The position numbers were made by a program, and so were the translations under genes. The notes under the pieces are model-generated. The model had not been told where the DNA came from. It saw nothing but the letters and a program-made list of their open reading frames with translations, and did no database searches. Shown here piece by piece: positions 4,403-8,267 of a DNA stretch of 8,267 nucleotides (within the stretch, counting starts at the first letter, position 1; each line of letters opens with the position of its first letter). The stretch is from Candidatus Iainarchaeum sp. (GTDB taxonomy: Archaea; Iainarchaeota; Iainarchaeia; Iainarchaeales; GCA-2688035): assembly GCA_028713935.1 (NCBI GenBank), contig JAQTNI010000050.1, positions 1 through 8,267 of the forward strand, in the 5' to 3' direction.

Positions 4403-5497
4403 ATGAAAACATTCAGCATAAATTCTGTTTGCGGAAAAGCAAGGGCGGGAACTTTGCAAACTGCGCATGGTGCAATTGAAACTCCTTTTTTCATGCCTGT
4501 TGCAACAAAAGGCTCTGTCAAGTATTTGTCAAACGAAGAAGTTTTGTCAGCAGGGACTGATTGCCTTATCAGCAATGCGTTTATTCTTCATTTAAAGCCA
4601 GGCCTTGAAGTAATTGGAAAGCACAAGGGCCTGCATAATTTTATGCATTGGCAAAAAGGAATTTTCACTGATTCAGGGGGTTTCCAGGTTTTAAGCAGGG
4701 AATTCTGCTTAAGGCTTTCAGAGCAAGGAGTGCTTTTCAGGAATCCTTTTGATGGCAAAAAAATGTTGTTCACTCCTGAAAAAGCAATTGAAATTCAAAG
4801 CAGGCTTGGAAGCGATGTTGCAATGTGCCTTGATGATGTTCCACTTGCAGGGAGTGATTTGAAGCGCCTGACTGATTCTGCTGAAAGGACTTTTGCCTGG
4901 GCAAAAAGATGCATTGCCTCGCACAAAAACAAAAAGCAGTTGTTGTTCGGGATTTCTCAGGGAGGCATTGAAAAAAAGCTGCGCATTAAAAGCACTGAAC
5001 AGATTGTTTCCCTTGATTTTGATGGCATTGCTTTGGGGGGCTTGTGCATTGGAGAATCAAAGGAAAAAATGCAGGAAACAATAAAATCTGCTTTTCAAAA
5101 AATCCCTTTTGAAAAGCCGCGTTATCTGATGGGAGTTGGCTCTGCAAGGGAAATAATTGAATCTGTTTCAATGGGAATTGATATTTTTGATTCCTGTTTT
5201 CCCACAAGAGTGGCAAGACATGGGCTGGCTTTTGCTTTTGAAAAAAACCTTAACATTGATTCTTCAAAATTCAGGATTGATTTGAAGCCATTGGAAAAAA
5301 AATGCAATTGCTTTGTCTGCAGGGATTATTCGAGAAGCTATCTTCACCATTTGTACAGGACAAAAGAGGAAAATGCAATGAAGCTCCTCAGTTACCACAA
5401 CTTGTTTTTTATCCAGGGCCTGATGAAAAAAATCCGCACTGCAATTAAAGAAAATTCCTTTAAAAAAGAAAAATTCTTGAAGGAATTTGGAAAATAA
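4403..5497 (+). CDS. tgt: tRNA-guanine transglycosylase, bacterial/eukaryotic queuine-type (Tgt/QTRT family), 364 aa
   Basis: The ORF track gives 4385-5497 from a TTG. ATG 4403 gives MKTFSINS..., which matches the N-terminus of bacterial Tgt. Motifs collinear with E. coli Tgt (from memory): ETPFFMPVATKGSVK, GLHNFMHWQKGIFTDSGGFQV, GSDVAMCLDD, FGISQGG, FDGIALGGLCIGES, KPRYLMGVG and GIDIFDSCFPTRVARHG. The Zn site reads CNCFVCRDYSRSYLHHL...SYHNL. Confidence 0.93.
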   Translation: MKTFSINSVCGKARAGTLQTAHGAIETPFFMPVATKGSVKYLSNEEVLSAGTDCLISNAFILHLKPGLEVIGKHKGLHNFMHWQKGIFTDSGGFQVLSREFCLRLSEQGVLFRNPFDGKKMLFTPEKAIEIQSRLGSDVAMCLDDVPLAGSDLKRLTDSAERTFAWAKRCIASHKNKKQLLFGISQGGIEKKLRIKSTEQIVSLDFDGIALGGLCIGESKEKMQETIKSAFQKIPFEKPRYLMGVGSAREIIESVSMGIDIFDSCFPTRVARHGLAFAFEKNLNIDSSKFRIDLKPLEKKCNCFVCRDYSRSYLHHLYRTKEENAMKLLSYHNLFFIQGLMKKIRTAIKENSFKKEKFLKEFGK

Positions 5498-5499
5498 TT

Positions 5500-6195
5500 T
5501 CATTCTGCTGACAACCTTTCTTCTTTGCGTATTTTTTTTATTTTAGCAAGCCTTCTTTCAATATCTTCTTTTTTGGCCAATGTTTTAAACCAGGAAATTC
5601 CTTTTACTGTAAAACCAGCAGGGGTTATGTAACCATCTGATTCCAATTTTTTTTCTAGTGCATTTAGGTCTCTTGTGGTTTCTATTTTTGAGGTGTTGGC
5701 AAAAACAGATAATAGTCCGTCCACTCCATATTTTCTATAAAAACTATTTATTCTATGCAGAAATATCCTTCCGGTCCATCGATAGCCCCCCACATCTGCA
5801 AAATCTTCTTGCTGCAATTCTTCGGGCCATTTTCTCGGCGTACTGCCCAAGAGTTCTATTATTGAATGAATATGCTCGTGCTGAGCCGTACTTGTTTTTG
5901 GGCCAGACAGCAGGAAAGTTATTAAAGAATCTAAATATTTTGCAGAGACAAATTTAGGTAAATGAATGGAGTGAGTTGCCAGCTGGTAATAGCTATATGC
6001 TGGCTTGCATTTGTTGTCGGTCCCTCTCCAGGGAAGCAGTTGTTGAATTGGTATGCCGGATAATTCTGATAATCTTTCAAACATTTGCCTTGCCAATGGC
6101 TGCAAGTGTTTTGGTTCATACTTTTGCCCAGGCTTTGGGGAAAATCTTGGCCTAACCCATGGAAATCTGCGCTTTTTTGGTCTTGCATGCGCCAT
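5500..6195 (-). CDS. Hypothetical protein with an HExxH motif (possible zinc metallopeptidase-like fold) and highly basic N- and C-termini
   Basis: The 231-aa ORF starts 4 nt after the stop of the upstream rubrerythrin-like gene, so it is the last gene of the operon. It contains AQHEHIHSIIELLG (H-E-x-x-H). The N-terminus is MAHARPKKRRFPWVRPRFSPKPGQKYEPK and the C-terminus is KKEDIERRLAKIKKIRKEERLSAE. I recognise no family with confidence. Confidence 0.65.
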   Translation of the reverse strand: MAHARPKKRRFPWVRPRFSPKPGQKYEPKHLQPLARQMFERLSELSGIPIQQLLPWRGTDNKCKPAYSYYQLATHSIHLPKFVSAKYLDSLITFLLSGPKTSTAQHEHIHSIIELLGSTPRKWPEELQQEDFADVGGYRWTGRIFLHRINSFYRKYGVDGLLSVFANTSKIETTRDLNALEKKLESDGYITPAGFTVKGISWFKTLAKKEDIERRLAKIKKIRKEERLSAE

Positions 6196-6199
6196 TTTT

Positions 6200-6727
6200 T
6201 TATCCCATTATGTAATCGCTTGTGTTTGTCCATGTTGAAAAAAGGCTGTCCAAGTAATTGAAGTGTTCTGCTTCAAATTCAGCGAGTGTTTCCCAGAAGT
6301 GCTTTACTTCTTTTATTCTTGTTTTTTCAGCCTGTGCCAGATAAAAATTTTTGGCTTTTGTTTCAGCTCTCATTGCCCAGAGCAAGACAGCCAGCTCTGA
6401 ATTTCCCTCCATGTTTGCTTTTGAGCCTTTTTCAGGGTAAATAACAGGCCTTTCCAGATGCTGAAGGACACTGTCTTTTATGACTGCAAATTTCCAGTTT
6501 TCCTTTAAGGCGGATTCCACTCCTGTCAATGCATTGAAATGCTCTGTTTCTTCTTTTGCAAGAAACGCAAGTGCTTTTTTCATTTCAATATCCAAAGTTT
6601 TTTCAGAATTGCTTTGGTAAAAATCCCTTGCCTTTGCTTCCTCGCTTTTTGCAAGAGAAACGGCCTTTGAAATTTCTTCAATGTCTTTTTTTGGAATTGA
6701 AATAAGTTTTTTCACAAATTCATTCAT
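6200..6727 (-). CDS. Rubrerythrin/erythrin-like ferritin-fold di-iron protein (four-helix bundle, no rubredoxin domain)
   Basis: There are two E...ExxH half-sites: SEEAKARDFY...LAKEETEHF and AETKAKNFY...LAEFEAEHF. An SD GAGGTGG (rc of 6731-6738) lies 3-4 nt before ATG 6727 and overlaps the TGA stop of the upstream GH130 gene. Confidence 0.85.
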   Translation of the reverse strand: MNEFVKKLISIPKKDIEEISKAVSLAKSEEAKARDFYQSNSEKTLDIEMKKALAFLAKEETEHFNALTGVESALKENWKFAVIKDSVLQHLERPVIYPEKGSKANMEGNSELAVLLWAMRAETKAKNFYLAQAEKTRIKEVKHFWETLAEFEAEHFNYLDSLFSTWTNTSDYIMG

Positions 6728-6730
6728 AAA

Positions 6731-6738
6731 ACCACCTC
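6731..6738 (-). promoter_or_regulatory. Shine-Dalgarno site GAGGTGGT for the rubrerythrin-like gene, overlapping the GH130 stop codon
   Basis: The minus strand reads tTGAGGTGGttttATG, where TGA is the GH130 stop (rc of 6737-6739). This implies translational coupling. Confidence 0.7.
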
Positions 6739-7804
6739 AATAATATTCCATTGAATCCAGAATATCTTTTAAAGCAATTTTTTTCACGCTGATTACTTTG
6801 TCTCCGCCTCCGCAAAAAAGCAGCAAATCCTTTTCATTCAAGTCCATTAATGCTCCTGTTGGAAAAACCACATTGCTTACAAAGCCGTGCTTTTCATATT
6901 CCCTGTTTGGTTCAATCAAAGGCTTGTCAGGGGGGCTTCTTGCAATTGCTTTTTCCGGATTTTTCAAGTCAAGCAGAACTGCTCCCGCACTGTAAATTTT
7001 TTTATTGCCTTTTTTTTCAACTCCGTGATAAATTTCAAGCCAGCCTTGTTTTGTTTTAATAGGCACTGTTCCTGCTCCAATCCTGCTGCTTTCCCAGCCC
7101 TGCCTTGGCTGCAGAATGCTTTTTTCTTTTCCCCAGTAAGTCAGGTCGGGCGAATAAGAAATCCATATGGAAGGCCTGCTAAAATAAAAGCTTCCTTCTG
7201 GGCGATGAAGTGCAACGAATTTTCCGTTTATTTTTTCAGGAAAAATAACAACGTCCTTGTTTTGTTCCCTGAAAATTATTCCTTTGCGCTGCCAATTGTG
7301 GAGGTTTTTTGAAACAGCAAGGCAGGTTGAAACTCCTTCATTGTGCGAAACAGCAACATAAGCCATCAAATAATTCCTGTGAAAAACAGTAATGCGCGGG
7401 TCTTCAACTCCGAATTCGCCTTCATCATGCGTGCCAGTAAAAACAGGCTTTTGCTCTATTTTTTCAATGTTAAATCCTGTTTCGTCAAGCAAAATTTTCC
7501 TGAATTCAGAAATGTTTGTAAGCCTGCAAGTGCCGTTCTTGAAAAAAACCCCGTTGCCGATTTTTTTAAGAATTTCTTTTTTGCCGATTTTTTCACTGCT
7601 TGCGCTGTAATGCTTTTCCGAAATAATCACTGGGCAGACAATCTCGTTTTTTTTAACAGCTGCTTCCGAAACCCTGGCTAACAAGGCAATTTTTTTGTTT
7701 GGCAATCTGACTGCTGCGGGATTTAATGCTCCCTGCACTGCCCAATTCGGGAAAGATGGCTGAAAATCTTCCGGCCTTACCAAAAGCTTTTCAATTATTT
7801 TCAT
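6737..7804 (-). CDS. Glycoside hydrolase family 130 protein (beta-mannoside phosphorylase/hydrolase-type five-bladed beta-propeller, former DUF377)
   Basis: Family-typical motifs are present along the whole length: ALNPAAV, GVEDPRI, NKDVVIFPEKINGKFVALHRP, IWISYSPDLTYWG, RIGAGTVPIKTKQGWLEIYHGV, YSAGAVLLDLKNPEKAI, YEKHGFVSNVVFPTG. Confidence 0.92.
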   Translation of the reverse strand: MKIIEKLLVRPEDFQPSFPNWAVQGALNPAAVRLPNKKIALLARVSEAAVKKNEIVCPVIISEKHYSASSEKIGKKEILKKIGNGVFFKNGTCRLTNISEFRKILLDETGFNIEKIEQKPVFTGTHDEGEFGVEDPRITVFHRNYLMAYVAVSHNEGVSTCLAVSKNLHNWQRKGIIFREQNKDVVIFPEKINGKFVALHRPEGSFYFSRPSIWISYSPDLTYWGKEKSILQPRQGWESSRIGAGTVPIKTKQGWLEIYHGVEKKGNKKIYSAGAVLLDLKNPEKAIARSPPDKPLIEPNREYEKHGFVSNVVFPTGALMDLNEKDLLLFCGGGDKVISVKKIALKDILDSMEYY

Positions 7805-7819
7805 TTTTTCACGCCAGAT

Positions 7820-8098
7820 TCAAATTAAATCTTCAACTTCTTTTTTTCCTTTTTCAAGCTCTTTTTCCTGCTGCTTGTCCAGCTTTAATAACATTGCCTG
7901 GAATTCCCCCATATGGGTTTTTTCTTCCCTTGCAATTTCGAGAAAAAGTTTTTTCAGGCCATTGCTTTGCGTCATTGCAGCTAATTGCTCGTAAAAGCTC
8001 ACAGCGTCAAGCTCCGCTATCATTCCAATCCGAAGAATTTCCTTGTCAATGTCTTCCTTTGAATTTTTTTTCAGGTCTGTCGGGATTTGTGCCAGCAT
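7820..8098 (-). CDS. Encapsulated-ferritin-like (EncFtn / Flp) half-ferritin domain protein, stand-alone, 92 aa
   Basis: ILRIGMIAELDAVSFYEQLAAMTQSNGLKKLFLEIAREEKTHMGEFQAMLLKLDKQQEKELEKGKKEVEDLI is collinear by eye with the N-terminal Flp domain of Pyrococcus furiosus PfV. From memory that domain reads ...LRLAIIAELDAINLYEQMA...ILLDVAREEKAHVGEFMALLLNLDPEQVTELKGGFEEVKEL. The E and ExxH iron ligands are retained. A strong SD GGAGGTGG (rc of 8103-8110) lies 4 nt before ATG 8098. Confidence 0.85.
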   Translation of the reverse strand: MLAQIPTDLKKNSKEDIDKEILRIGMIAELDAVSFYEQLAAMTQSNGLKKLFLEIAREEKTHMGEFQAMLLKLDKQQEKELEKGKKEVEDLI

Positions 8099-8102
8099 TT
8101 TT

Positions 8103-8110
8103 CCACCTCC
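8103..8110 (-). promoter_or_regulatory. Shine-Dalgarno site GGAGGTGG for the EncFtn-like gene
   Basis: The plus strand reads ccacctcc. On the minus strand this gives GGAGGTGGaaaaATG. Confidence 0.7.
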
Positions 8111-8147
8111 AAATTCTAATTTTTGGCAATTATTTTATTATTAGGTG

Positions 8148-8267
8148 TTACGTGACAGCGCTTATGGCTCCATTTTTTTGTTTGTTTCTATATGCTTGAT
8201 TGGGTGTAAGATATTTTAAGCTTGAGTGCGGCGTGTTGTTGTATTCTGGTTGATAGTGTTTGAATAA
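8148..8267 (-). CDS. C-terminal 39 codons of a DDE (rve/retroviral-integrase-type) transposase or integrase; the rest lies beyond the right window edge
   Basis: Not in the ORF track because it is edge-truncated. The reverse complement from 8267 reads in frame LFKHYQPEYNNTPHSSLKYLTPNQAYRNKQKNGAISAVT then TAA (rc of 8148-8150). YN..(R/T)PHS(S/A)L.Y(L)TP is the characteristic end of the rve catalytic core, as in IS3/IS481-type transposases and phage or IS integrases. Confidence 0.55.
   Translation of the reverse strand, partial: LFKHYQPEYNNTPHSSLKYLTPNQAYRNKQKNGAISAVT

Noticed and set aside
4009-4575. 188-aa minus-strand ORF
   Set aside because: It is antisense to the well-supported tgt 5' end and to the small basic ORF. 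The sequence has no recognisable motifs and looks like a shadow ORF.
4588-5503. Minus- and plus-strand short ORFs (61-79 aa) within the tgt locus
   Set aside because: They overlap a full-length, motif-complete Tgt and are shadow frames.
5658-6238. Plus-strand ORFs 5658-5957 and 6053-6238, and minus-strand ORF 5931-6233
   Set aside because: They overlap the operonic 5500-6195 ORF, either antisense or out of frame. That ORF has tight coupling to the upstream gene and a coherent product. The alternatives are Cys/Trp/Phe-rich shadow frames.
6798-7681. Several plus-strand ORFs (65-141 aa) inside the GH130 locus
   Set aside because: All are antisense to a full-length GH130 protein rich in family motifs. 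None has motifs of its own.
7726-8199. 157-aa plus-strand ORF
   Set aside because: It is antisense to the strongly supported EncFtn-like gene and the 5' end of GH130. Its Phe/Leu/Pro-rich composition is typical of a shadow frame.

Overview
AT-rich, gene-dense 8.3-kb window. I support 13 CDSs; two are cut by the window edges and are absent from the supplied ORF track. I recognised no rRNA, tRNA or CRISPR array.

The host looks like a small-genome archaeon, possibly DPANN-like, but this is inference only. Three things suggest it: (1) A/T-rich TATA-like octamers sit about 26-30 nt upstream of several start codons that lack a Shine-Dalgarno (SD) site, while GGAGGTG-type SDs precede ybjQ and two genes of the minus-strand operon, including its first gene; (2) there are several small winged-helix (wHTH) regulators; (3) one gene encodes a Pyrococcus PfV-type Flp domain.

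Left half: a SAM methyltransferase (minus strand, truncated) and a membrane-anchored LivJ-type substrate-binding protein with no transporter partners, flanked by a perfect 16-bp direct repeat. Then three small wHTH proteins plus a YbjQ/UPF0145 protein. A 310-bp non-coding stretch follows, with a perfect 15-bp hairpin and a degenerate TTGCCC-polypurine repeat array. After it come a small very basic ORF with a possible frameshift and a bacterial-type tRNA-guanine transglycosylase.

Right half: a tightly packed minus-strand four-gene operon of stand-alone EncFtn/Flp-like half-ferritin, GH130 glycoside phosphorylase/hydrolase, rubrerythrin-like di-iron protein and an unknown HExxH protein. The C-terminal end of a DDE integrase/transposase gene lies just upstream at the window edge.

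The candidates most worth follow-up are the shell-less EncFtn operon, the repeat and hairpin region, and the phased CATGA operator.
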